The notes beneath the pieces were generated by a model. It saw nothing but the letters and a program-made list of their open reading frames with translations, made no database searches and was not told the DNA's origin. Positions 11,880 to 23,640 of a DNA stretch of 64,000 nt are shown here, piece after piece. Source of the stretch: Lama guanicoe (Eukaryota); contig MU054187.1 in assembly GCA_013239625.1 (NCBI GenBank), positions 7,265,757 to 7,329,756 on the forward strand, written 5' to 3'. A program made the translations under genes and the position numbers. The number at the start of each line of letters is the position of its first letter. The stretch's first letter is position 1.

Positions 11880-13055
11880 TGATTTTGACACTAAAGGAAT
11901 TGCATTTCCAGAGAAACACATCAAGAAGTCTTGAAAATAGGCAATCCAAGGGAATTTATGACAGGCTTTCTTTGCCAGATGTCAGCACCCCTGATGAACA
12001 AAATGGCCCAAGAGAACCCCCAGCCAGATCCTTTTATCTGTGTGGATGATTCCAGCATGAACTACCAGGATGATTCACAGTTACTGGCTGGTCCCAAGAA
12101 ATGGAAGAAGCATCAAGAACGCACCTCATTTACCCAAACACAGCACAAAGAGTTGGAGGCTCTGTTTAGCTGCAACATGTTTCCAGATAAAAATCTCCAG
12201 AGAAAACTTGCTTTAAAACTCAACCTACCAGACTCAACAGTAAAGATTTGGTTCAGGAATAGGCAGTTCAAAATGAGGAAGCAGCAGCAGCAGCAACAGA
12301 AATCACTGAAGCCACCAAACCAGATCCTTCCAGCCAAGAACGTGTCAACAGCATCAAGTCCTCATTTATTCCCCCCAACAGTTTCAGATTTCTGTAGCTC
12401 CTTCTCACCTCAGCCCTTAGGCCCTTTCAGTTGGGTGGGGGACTCTATCCTCACTGAGAGTCCTACAAGTGATGTCCAAATCCAAGATCCTCAGTTGGAG
12501 AGGCTGGTGGCCTCAGTTCCTGCTTTGTACTCTGATGCCTATGACATAGCCCAAATCATGGAAATGTACAGTTTTCCTGATGAAGATGAGATAGCCAGCT
12601 ATTCTTTCCACTCTCTCTATCAGTATCTCTCACCAACAAGGCCCAGTTAGAATAGAGTTCCTCCCGTAGCATCTTTGCTGGTCCAGCTGTAGGTTTACCT
12701 CCTGGGCAAACCCAGTTTAGTACAACAAACTGGAGCTTTGCAGCCTTCATCTTAAGAGAGAGCCCAGAATTCCAGAACCCCTCGAGTAGTGTGGTGGACT
12801 CTGGATTTCTCTTATCAAAGTACTAATAAATGGCAGATAGCATAGAAAAAGGATCTTGCATCTTGTACATAACTTTCCGTTAGTCAAAAGACTCATTTGG
12901 AAAAAGAGAAATAAACATATTGACCAACTGTCTTCAGTACATAGACAATTAATCTTTTCAGAGTTAACAATAATTTCAAAATAATCCATGGTCCTAAAAC
13001 ACAGGGAAGAAATACAAGATAAATGAAACTTGAGTAAAAACATACTTTAAAAAAA
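11880..13055 (+). pseudogene. ARGFX: Processed retrocopy of ARGFX (arginine-fifty PRD-class homeobox), partly disabled
   Basis: Translation matches recalled ARGFX segments (MAQENPQPDPF; ERTSFT..ELEALFS..MFPD.NLQ.KLAL.L.LP.STVK.WFRNR; polyQ; ERLVASVPALYSDAYDI; LYQYLSPT). No introns, including none at the PRD-class homeodomain 46/47 position (GTAAAG|ATTTGG contiguous). Frameshift near 12642 and TAG at 12653-12655, after which the ARGFX-like tail SIFAGPAVGL...EFQ...VDSGFL continues in another frame. AATAAA at 12825 and 12910, AGTAAA near 13033, short A tract at 13049-13055. Outer limits approximate. Confidence 0.9.
11994..12650 (+). CDS. ARGFX: Open reading frame of the ARGFX retrocopy (about 218 aa from ATG 11994; homeodomain 12108-12287), C-terminally truncated; expression unknown
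   Basis: ORF track 11931..12650; in-frame ATGs at 11958, 11979, 11994 and 12003 (AAAATGG, strong Kozak context); uninterrupted 60-aa homeodomain with W48, F49, R50, N51. Confidence 0.45.
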   Translation: MNKMAQENPQPDPFICVDDSSMNYQDDSQLLAGPKKWKKHQERTSFTQTQHKELEALFSCNMFPDKNLQRKLALKLNLPDSTVKIWFRNRQFKMRKQQQQQQKSLKPPNQILPAKNVSTASSPHLFPPTVSDFCSSFSPQPLGPFSWVGDSILTESPTSDVQIQDPQLERLVASVPALYSDAYDIAQIMEMYSFPDEDEIASYSFHSLYQYLSPTRPS

Positions 13056-13952
13056 TTATTCAAATGAGCTGGGCCCTTTTGCCTTTATAAACGTACATCC
13101 ATGATCATCTTCTTACGCAGTTCTTTTAACTTGCTCAGTGTCTCATCCTAACCCCAAACCTCTCCCTGAATTTCCACTGCACTTACTCAAATGATGAGAT
13201 CAGGGCTACCTAACTCACATTTGGTCTTTAGTGTTAGCCATCTGGTCAACCCCTTTCTTTTTAACCTAGAAGGAAACTTGTATTAGAATCATTAAAAAGT
13301 TTGCCATGCACACAAAAATTTTACCTTATATGGGTTGCTTAGATTTGTATCTTTAAATGTATAAGTAAGTCACAAAGCAATTTATGGGACAGCCATTAAC
13401 AATGACTATTTTCCAGACATTTTATCCAGAGGAGCGTGAGGCAGACTTAGTTTTCAGTTAAAACTTCTCTCTCAGGATGGGATTTTTTCAACCCTATCAA
13501 ATTAACTCTACATATTGATGTTTGAAAACAGCGCTTCAACATTGAGTTGACTGAGTTTGCTCTCAAGAGTCCTTCTCATCAATCCTCTGGCCTTTCTTCC
13601 AGTAAATGCCAATGAGCCAACCAGTAAATGCTGATGGACCCAGCATGCCAAGTGGAATGAGCTAATATTAGAAGACACCAAAATACGTCCCCTGTCAAAG
13701 AGGCTAATAATATGCTAGTCTGCACTTTATACACCATTGTCACCTCAAAAGATAACAATGAAGACAAAAGAATAATTTATCTTACTTCAAATCAACATAA
13801 AGGTGTAGGTAGAAGTACTATATGTTTTTCTAAAGATTTATAGTCTATTAGGAAAGTAGAAAAATAATATTCACTGTACTACTGAGCTATCGTGACGGCC
13901 TTAGCTTTATTCTAAAAAGTCCTGTGGCACTCAGTCAAAACATTCGGCTTAT

Positions 13953-14033
13953 ATATGTTCATGCATAACTGAAAAATTGTGCTCTACACTGAAATTTGAC
14001 ACATTGTACAATGATTATAAATCAATTAAAAAA

Positions 14034-14070
<37 letters not shown>
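13953..14070 (+). mobile_element. Very short young L1 3' end with (TAAA)n tail
   Basis: 'atgttcatgcataactgaaaaattgtgctctacactg' L1 terminus; perfect 14-bp TSD aacattcggcttat at 13939-13952 and 14071-14084. Confidence 0.88.
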
Positions 14071-14072
<2 letters not shown>

Positions 14073-14884
14073 CATTCGGCTTATCTTTCACCTACTTAGA
14101 TGAAAAAATAATGATTTGCGAGATTTAACTTATGTGCTAGGTAAGTAGGTTTACAGATTATATAGCCTAGTTTTCAGAAGACTAATGCTCAGAAAATGAT
14201 CGTGTAGCTTAGAACTTTTCCTCCAAGAATCAATGGGTGGAAAATAAAACAAATTACGGACACAGGCATGGAAAAAAATTTTTTTTAATGGCAGAGCTGA
14301 CATGTACCTTCCTCCTCATATAAAACTGTCGGCTACAGTACACAGTGGAAACAATGATGATCTAATGAAATTAAAGAGACAATATCTTCAAAATTTAAAT
14401 TGTTCCGGAAACTGTGTATTTGAGATCAGAACTGCTTGAAATAATTATGTTCTGCTTGTCGATACACATTTATGGCAAAGGTGTGAAAACACAGATTAGA
14501 GGTGCAGACACCGGATTTCTGAGAGAAGTTTTCTCCCCAATATCAGAAGAGGGCATTTCCTGAGAGGAACGGATTAATGTGCGAAGTAACTTCTCGAAGT
14601 TTCCTTTCAAGTTGTTTTCTTGTGACCTGCATTTCCCTTTATTAATTAATGTCAGATAATCATTTCTGATATGGGATACAATTCAGCAACCTTGTGGGTC
14701 TGCAGACCCTCGCTGGGAGGGAGGGGACGGCCAATACAACACTAAACCTTGTCACAACCTTACTCACACTCAGAAGTTAGCCTGAAACTTTATTTTGAAA
14801 TTACTTTTTTTGTTTGTTTTGATGGACTGTTTATTTATTTTTTTTTTTTGTAAGAGGAAAACGTTCACAGGCAAACACTACCAA

Positions 14885-15112
14885 TGACAGGCTGGGTTTG
14901 AGCCCCAGTTCTGCCTCTCACTAGCTAATTACATTGGGTGCCCATCACTGGGTAAGTCATTGAACTTCTGCTGCCTTCGTTCCCCCATCTCTAAAATGAG
15001 ATCATCACAGCAGCTACTTGCTAGGTTTCTTTTGAGGGTTATGTGGATTATTATGAGAAGAGCTTAGAACACTATTCAGCACATGATAAGCAAAATATGC
15101 ATATTAGCAATT
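14885..15112 (+). mobile_element. MIR SINE
   Basis: 'ctgggtttgagccccagttctgcctctcactagct...ggtaagtcattgaacttc...cccatctctaaaatgag...agcttagaacac'. Confidence 0.75.
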
Positions 15113-15358
15113 ATAAATGTTCTTTCAATTCCAAGAACTTTTTATTACATTTGTACTGTGATTGAAACAGGATCTGGGTTGATAATACTTGGTTCCAAAT
15201 TCATGTCTCTGTAGTTCGTCTTTTTTTTTTAATCAGGATGCTATAATTTTACTTCATACATTAAAATGTAAATAATTTCTTCAGTATCACTTCTCCTTCT
15301 TCACTGTGTTTTAAATTGTGCAGAGGTTTACAGAGAACCTAAAATACAAGTGCACGGA

Positions 15359-15809
15359 TGTGGCAGGCAGAATAATGGCCTAAGCTCCAAAGGGGAACGA
15401 ATTAAGGTTGCAGAGGGAATTAAGGTTGCTAATCAGGTGACCATAAAATGAGGAAATTATCCTGGATAATCCAGATGGGTCCAATGTAATCACAAGAGTT
15501 TTTAAAAGTGGAACAAGGAGCAGAAGAGGGAGAACCAGGGACATGGCAGCATAAGAAGGACTCAGTTCAAGGTTGCTGACCTTGAAGGTGGAAAAATGGG
15601 ATCACAAGCCAAGGAGTGCAGGCGTCCTCTAGAAGCTGAAAAAGACAAAAATACTCCAGAAGGAGTGCTGTCCTGCTAACACCTGGGTTGTAGCCCAATG
15701 AGAACCATTATCAGACTTCTGACCTCCAGAACTATAGATAATAAATCTGGGTTATTTTAGTCTACTGCATTTGTGGTAATTTATTACAGCAGCAATCAGA
15801 GTTAATACA
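15359..15809 (+). mobile_element. MaLR solo LTR (MLT1C/D-like)
   Basis: Begins TGTGGCAGGCAGAATAATGGCC, contains 'attatcctggataatccagatgggtccaatgtaatcacaag' and 'cttctgacctccagaact', ends 'gtggtaatttattacagcagcaat...taataca'. Confidence 0.85.
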
Positions 15810-17612
15810 AGAAAGTTCTTGAGTTACACACACACACACACACCCCTAAGACAGAGTCCTGCTAAGAAACCAGAAAGTTACTTGTTGGCAGATGCCTTCC
15901 AATATACAGTTTACTAAGAAAACACCCCTCAGTTATGAAGCCATCACTATCACTTGCTGAGATAAAGAGAAAAAAAAAATTACAACAAATATAACAAAGG
16001 CTCAGTATACAAACCCCATATGGATTCATACAAATTAATGAAAATAGCATGAAGTTAATAAATAGAAAAGGGACTTCTTCAGATAATTCAGAATAGAAAA
16101 AATATAAGTGGGTAACAAAATATGAAAATATTCCATGTGAAATATATCTATTGCAAATGAAATAAATGAAGAGCTGTCATTTTGTCTATTATGCTGGCAT
16201 ATACTTTTTAAATGAAAAATCTTATGCTACTAAGGCCATGACAAAGCAAGCACTGTCATTCTGTGCTATCGTAGGGTAAAAGATAAAACAAACCTTTTGA
16301 AAAGCAATTTAACAATGTGTAAAAAAGGCATAAAATATTGATGGCATCTCTGGAAATCAGAAAATCCAAACTATAGGAAAGGCATTATTATTCATTATAA
16401 TAGTATTTATAATATAGAAACTTGGAGAACAACTTCCAATAGTAGGAGATTGCTTAAATGCATTACAGTAACTTTAAATTGTGCAAATTTGAGTAGCTAT
16501 TAATAAGCTTCTGAAAAGTATTGACTTGGGTCGTAAGAACGTAACTGGGATATTCACCAACTATAATATAAAGGACTTGGGCCAAAAAATCCCTTAGAAA
16601 GTTCTTAGTTATAGGCTCATGGGCCATCTCTTTCTTCTCTATGCAACTGGTTTATGGAATGAACTGGACTTAGCAGAATATCATCAAAAGGCAATTTTAT
16701 TCCTTCTTCTACCAGCCCTTCAATTCCATAGTCATAGTTTGTCTCACCCTTTGGGTCACATTTCAGGCAGAACCTGTAGGTCTTTTGGTCCCTTGTAGAT
16801 GTTTAAAAGTCCAGCCCAGGCCAGTGCAAACTCTCATCCACTTAAAAACTCTCCTCCTCAGCTTGGGTCTGACTTCAACTTGCAGATGTGCAGGGAAGAA
16901 GGGCAGAGGACAGACTTTATACCTTATTTTGAAGTATCTTTTTTTTCATCAAAGTACTTGGAGTAATTTTGGACTAGACTAGATTCATGGACAAGTTTGT
17001 CCTCCAGAAATTGCAGTGTCTCTGGCTCCATAGAATGAAAGTCATCTTCTCAGCAGAATAAGTGCAGAAAACAGTGGGAAAAACCAGAAAGTCTTCAGCC
17101 TGGCCCTTGAATTTATTCTTTTAACCGTTAGTACCAGAAGTGTAAATTATCTCTTCTCTCTCAACGTTATGACGAATGACGTGAAAGATAATGTCTTTCC
17201 TTATGATCTAGTTAACAAAACAGTTTAGCATTTAAAAAGAATTTACATTCTCAGAGCATTTTAAATAATTAAGTGAATGACTGGTATTTAATTTGCAATG
17301 AACATATTTTGATTCCCTTTGTGGTTATTAAACATTAAAATTGTAAAAATTAAACATTGTAATAATAATGAGGGTTGCTACAAATTGCTCTATAAATAGT
17401 CAAAACTTTAAAATATATGTTCTGAGTAATCTGTGGTGATTTTAAAATATAAAAACTGTAAACCCCAAATCAAAACCTAAGTGAAACATCTACAGTTTTT
17501 CCCTTTTCTCTGTACTGTTTTAGAAAGCTATTAAAGCCAAGTAGAAATGAAAAGTTTCTTTAAAATCACAGCTGTTCTTTTAAAACATTTAAGTAGCATA
17601 AAAAATTTTTAA

Positions 17613-17837
<225 letters not shown>

Positions 17838-18308
17838 TGAGATACTGCTTCCACAACTAACCATTACAGGGCGATGATAATCTTTTCTCTTTGGCATTTT
17901 AAATGATTGAAATCAGCGTAGTAAAGTTACAACCAGACACTCGTAAGGTACACTGCTCACAAGTAAGGTGGCACTAAGTATTAAAGTTCTCAGCCCAAGG
18001 GGTGTGGGAGGATGCCCAGAGACACAGACGCTGAAAACCTGCTGTTGTATCATCTCAGTAACTTTTCATCAGAGACTAAACTTTCTTCCAGGTACAAAAA
18101 TGAGAGTTGTTTTATCCTCACCAGTTGTAAGCATGCTGGCTGCAGAATTTTGAAATCTGACTAATAACAATGACATCAGTGCAACAATATATTCTGCCAA
18201 TGACTACATGTCTGTAAATGACATAAAATGCCCCGAGAAAATGAAAATGACAGCCTTCAATGAGAGATGTTAAAAAAAAATAAACAAAAAAACCAAGAGT
18301 TGCTGGTC

Positions 18309-18428
18309 AGGGAGGGTATGGCTCAGTGGCAGAGCACGTGCTCAGCACACACGAGCTCGTGGGTTCACTCCTAGTATCTCCTCTAAAAATAAATAAATAA
18401 ATCTAATTAACTCCCATGCCCCCAAAAA
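18309..18428 (+). mobile_element. tRNA-derived SINE (vic-1-like)
   Basis: 'gggagggtatggctcagtggcagagcacgtgctcagc...gggttcactcc', (TAAA)n, A tail. Confidence 0.82.
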
Positions 18429-21400
18429 AGAGATACTGAAAAAGAATTAATGGAATGATAAAAAGCTAAGTAGTCACATTTTAGCAGAACACTCAAAAAA
18501 AAAAAAACCAGACAAATTACCTGAAGTTATATGGTGGAGATTTAGCAGCACAGGTTAATGCCTGGCGTTTACTGTGCATCTGGTAATGCATAAGGCACTT
18601 CCTGGCACAACTCCATTCTGGGCTAGTGTGATACTACAGAAAATGTTTAATTTGCTTTTTGAAAGGAAGTTATTATTAGATAAGCAAAGCACACCCAACC
18701 ATCCCAGGGGTTTGGCTCTATCGCTGTGATTACGGTCTGGGTTGTAAAGTTGACTCTTTTTTACAGAATGAAGGTAAGTGTCTAGCCAGCCATCACAACT
18801 TCTTTCTAGAACACAGCTCCCAAAGGGTCTGGTGAGTGCTTGCCACCAAATAGGAACAGTGTCTGGTATATGACCTGGAATCCAGCTGACAATGAGGATT
18901 TATTTAAGCAACTGAAAGAAATAGTAAACCTTGAGATGGAACTCATCAGGCAAACATACCCCATCATCTCCTTTGTGTTTGCTTGGCGGTATTTTTTTTT
19001 TAATGGTAAATGAGCTGGAAATTTTCTGGCATTTCAAAAGTGCGATTGTAATGACAACCCTTGTGACTATGAAGTTAACTTCGGAAAGTGTGTTTTCAGG
19101 TGTTCCATTCGTAGTTCCACAATCTGACAAAGTTAATGTACAGAAAATCAGCAATGTGCTTCCAACGCACGGCTAAGACAGCCTGAGCAGCCAAAAACCA
19201 ACCAGCTGAGGGTGAGCCTGAGCAATTTCAACTGGAATTGGGACCTAAAAAAAAGGACTAGAATTGGGGCTAAATAAATACTTCCACCACAATGACACAC
19301 TGATGGATAAATCCCCACTGAATACCTTATCAGGCACTTTCGAGTAGGTACCTAAAGGGTCCTCTTTCTTCTTCTCCTCACTGAACTGGTTGGAGGCTCT
19401 CAAACGATGCTAATGCTTCATCCTACCTTATAGTGAGAGGGCAGACGGATTCATCAATAGTCTTATTTTTCTCTAGTAGAATAAATATATAAAGGACTTT
19501 CCTTGAGGCTTGTGATTTTAAACAAAACTTGGAAATACAAAATGACATGCAGAACAAAAGGCTCATCTAAATTGGGTAGAAGATTTTTGACCTTCCATCA
19601 GCCTGTTTTCAGAGTAATAATGTCAGTGTATGTGGATTGTCTTGTTACTGGCAGATACTGTAGTTTCATTGACTTTACAGTCTTTAAGTAGCTTAAGTTT
19701 CTCTATAGAAATTTCTGAATCAGCTATTTTAATGCCCATCAAACCGGCATTGAAGCGGCTGCTAGCAGCCTATTCTATTACTGTTTAATTCTAGCGTTTG
19801 TTATTAGGGCCATACATTAAGTTACCGAGAGACATCTGAATATAGTAGCTTTGTTGCCATCAATTCAAATAATACTTAGAGCCAAAGGGTCTTGGGTGCT
19901 CAAAAGAAGTTAATATGCCCTAGACCAACCTGACATGATAATCTGCTGGAAGAGAGATGACAGAGAAAAGCAATCACAAACCTTTTAGTCTGATAGTTCT
20001 CAAGGGAGGGTAATTTTACATTTTTTATTGAAAGAAGTAAGACTCAAAGTGCAGTTGGTAATTACATTGTCCCAGAATCTTCAGAAGGCAGATTTGAGCA
20101 AAAATAAGTGCCTGAAACCAATTGCAATGATCTCGTGGACCAGTACAATTTGTGCCAGCACTTAGCTTTCAGGTGCAATAACGGACGGGCCTTCGGGTAT
20201 GGCATTACCAACCCACAGTCAGAAGACGCATCCTTCAAATTGTTTTTACAAACTTTAAACATAAAATAAGCAGACAATACCGGTAGCCTTCCAATTTGCC
20301 TAAGCATACTTCTGGAAAGCTTCTTCTGAACGGTAACTGCAAACAGATAATACAATGTCACAGCATTCTGGCAGACAGTGTATCATTCATCATTTCGATT
20401 TCTATTCTGACTAATGAAAATCTCTGCATTATTCAAAATGCAAAGTTAAGCCTTGTTCTTGGACTGAAAGCTGTCAGCCAGCCTTAAAAATTAATAACTA
20501 CCCGCTTCTCCTCTGCACTGCTTAAGTGGTTCTCTGGGACTAACATTTCAGCTGATGGACATTTCTGAAAGGTAATAAATGCTTGAGGAAACATTTATTT
20601 CCAGGCACTCAGCTTCTTAGTTACCTCTCAGCCTCTTTCACTATTTCCTATAAAGACTATGATTGCAGGTCAGACAATGAAATAAAAAGCTCACAAAAGG
20701 AAGGGTACTGCTGGGCAGGGTCAATACTTTCCATCATTCATTCTAATGAATAAGCCTATTTATATCTGTTTCATTTTTTTATTTCTTTTTTTAATATCTC
20801 TCCACCTCTATGAACATTTTGGTGAGACCAGGACATCTGGAACCTGTAGTCATAAAAACACGTCAGCATCTTGTTTGTGAACCATCCCCTGGTGAAAACG
20901 TACTTGTGGGCTTGTTACTACCTTGTTAGACTTACTAAAAAGAAAGGTTTTAATTCAAGGAAGTGTGGAGAGGAGGCGAAAGATGTATAAACATTGTTTA
21001 TTAACGTGTATAAACATTGCCAGGCTTTTTCAGAGGCTCCGTTGCTAGCATTACTTCTGATATTAGGTTGCAAATTGCAACTGGGACATCTGTTTGAGCT
21101 CATGAAGGCCAGTCTGAGTTGTGTATGAATGGCAGGAAAAATGTACATTGAAAACCCTAAGTGCTAGTTTTTGTAAAGGAGATGAACTCTCCAGATGTAG
21201 GTTCAATATTTTACATTGAACATCTTAAAATAGCTCTTTATGCAACCATCTGACCCCTGGTAATATACTTTTGGGGAACTTTTCATTGGAAGGATGCCTG
21301 ACTCTGGGAAGAACATTCCATGTCTCTGCTGTCCTTGAGGCTTCCTGCAGGCTAGCATTCATGTATTTGCCTGTCTTCCCAGGAATTCCTTTTAATAGAA

Positions 21401-21944
21401 TAAGGTAGTATCCCCATAGCAATGATGTGAATTGGAAATAAGAATCACCCCTAACCTCTACGAATTTAATAGAGAAACAAAAGGAGAGAAACTGACTAGT
21501 CTGAGTGTTAACTTCCAAGTCTCCCGTCCTCACTTTGTAATGTCTTGAGAAGCCCTAGAGAAGTAGAATGACCCAAAGGTCGGGCACCAGGGGAAGGAGA
21601 GAAAACAGAAGAGGCCTGGATGATCCTCAAAATAGAAACTTGCTCATTGTTTCGTGAGTCTTGCAGTACATGGATGTTTGAGGGTTGTTGATCTGCACCC
21701 CATAAGCCTGTGAGCCCTGATGGAAGGAGGAGCCCAGAGTCAGTGACAGACACATCCACGGTTTAATGGACGGGGGATCTTACACGTCCAAAGCAAACAC
21801 CCCCCTGTGGACATCAGATCAGCAGGCGGTGGGAGGGCACTGTGGCGGTCTTTGCTGTGGGATTGTGGGGGGGCAGGGAAGGGGGGGTAGCAGTTATAAG
21901 GGGAACATTTACGGGGGGCGCATAGGGGAACCTCTGTCCTATTC

Positions 21945-22120
21945 TCCATCTCTGCATATTTACCTGTTCTAGGTGCCTCACATAATTGGAATTATACAGT
22001 ATTTGTTCTTTTGTGTCTGATTTACTTTACTTACCATAATGTTTTCAAGGTTTATCCATATTATCATGTCAGAATTTCACTCCTTTCTAAGGTTTTCTAA
22101 TGAATAATATTCCATTAAAC
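21945..22120 (-). mobile_element. Old L1M fragment
   Basis: 'ggaattatacagtatttgttcttttgtgtctgatttactttacttaccataatgttttcaaggtttatccat' is typical antisense L1M 3' sequence. Confidence 0.65.
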
Positions 22121-23194
22121 TTTTAATTATTATTTGACCTACTTAAATTCAATAATCTAAATTCCTTTAAATAATCTATTCCATTTACGATTTAAAGTCC
22201 TTTAAACGTTTAACCTGCACTCATGAATTCTGGAGAAGCCCTTCAAACAGTCCTCCTAATAAACAAAACGCTCCCTAGTTTTTAAACTATTCCAGCAAAT
22301 CCAATAAATCTAATAAAATAAACGTATCCACATGTTAAATCTTAAATCCTCTTAAATATACACAAATTTAGCAAAATGTTCCTATGTCTTTCAATCTAAA
22401 AATCACAAGCATAAAATTAATTACCAAATTCAAATTTTGAATTGATTTTGCATGATCAACCTGCCAGGTCTGACATCATCGATCTGATTATGTTAAGAAA
22501 CACAAAGATTTTACGTACAAAGTAAACACAGATTATCCCAATGACCACAAAATCTTAAATTTTTACTTCAGTGTTTTAAAATGGTGGAATTGGCTTTCTC
22601 TGTTCTCTCTATAGTCAATCCCCTGTGTTGGAAATGCTGTCTCCAATAAATAAGCATCTCAAACAATTGGAGTTTGTTGCAAGTTAGGGGATTTTCAGCT
22701 GGGAAGCAGGCCCTAAATTCCAAGGGAATTATAACTTCCCACTAATGGATTTTCAGAGCTTTTTTAAATAGTTGGTGGAAGAAGAGGAGAGCTCATTCCA
22801 TACCCTTCAAATGTGATTAATTCAACAGCACACATCACCAGGACTAAGCTAATTAGATGAGTAGAGAGAAGACTTTACTCCTCTTAAGAGTCTCTTTTTG
22901 GTTGGTTTTATACTTGCGAACTCTTCAAAACATCTTAATGTCCTCTCATGTGACTCAGATGCTTTGTTGACATTCCATTTACTTCTTTCAACCGTATCTC
23001 CTGATGGAATTCTGCGTTCTTCCTATATTCCACATAGATTGCCAATTCTCAGAAAGATTTAAATGTTTGATTGGATTCTGCCTTTCTTTCATATCTCTTT
23101 TTGTTCTGGGTTCCATTGGCTCGTCCAGATCCAGTATGTTATTGTTTAATTTTAGGGCTTTAAACAAGCTTAAATAGCTAATCTTTTGTTGATG

Positions 23195-23640
23195 TATTGA
23201 TTCATTCCTTCAGAAACAGTTATTGAAAGACTTCTCTGTATTAAACCATAAGGATACAGAGATGAATGAGACTTGGTCCCTTTCCTAAGAGATCTTACAT
23301 TCTAATAAGTGAGCCAGGCATGTAAATAATGACGGAAGAGTGAAGTGCAGATAATGGTCTGTATAAAGTGAATCAGATGCATGGAAAAGTTAAGCAGAGG
23401 CTAATTGTGAGTCAGAGCATCCAGCACAGCTGCTCAGAGCATGAGAACATGGTCTTATATGAAGAATGTTACATCACCAGGAAAGGAGCAAAGAAAACAC
23501 ATTAAAATACTGGCAAAAATATGTCATGAGATACTCAGCAAAAAAACCCATGAGATACTCAGCAAGGCCTGGGGAAAGCCTGGATGACACAGGAAGTGAT
23601 GAGCAGTTGGGTATGTTCAGTCCACTAAGTGAGTGGCAGG
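23195..23640 (-). mobile_element. L2 LINE 3' fragment
   Basis: 'ttgattcattccttcagaaacagttattga...ggatacagagatgaatgagacttggtccct'. Confidence 0.5.

Noticed and set aside
11780..12049. 89-aa ORF overlapping the retrocopy start
   Set aside because: Alternative frame of flank and 5' UTR, starts on TTG, no recognisable homology.
11825..13068. Target-site duplication around the ARGFX copy (aaaaaattcactgaat / aaaaaattattcaaat)
   Set aside because: Similarity is mostly an A tract; too degenerate to claim, so the copy boundaries stay approximate.
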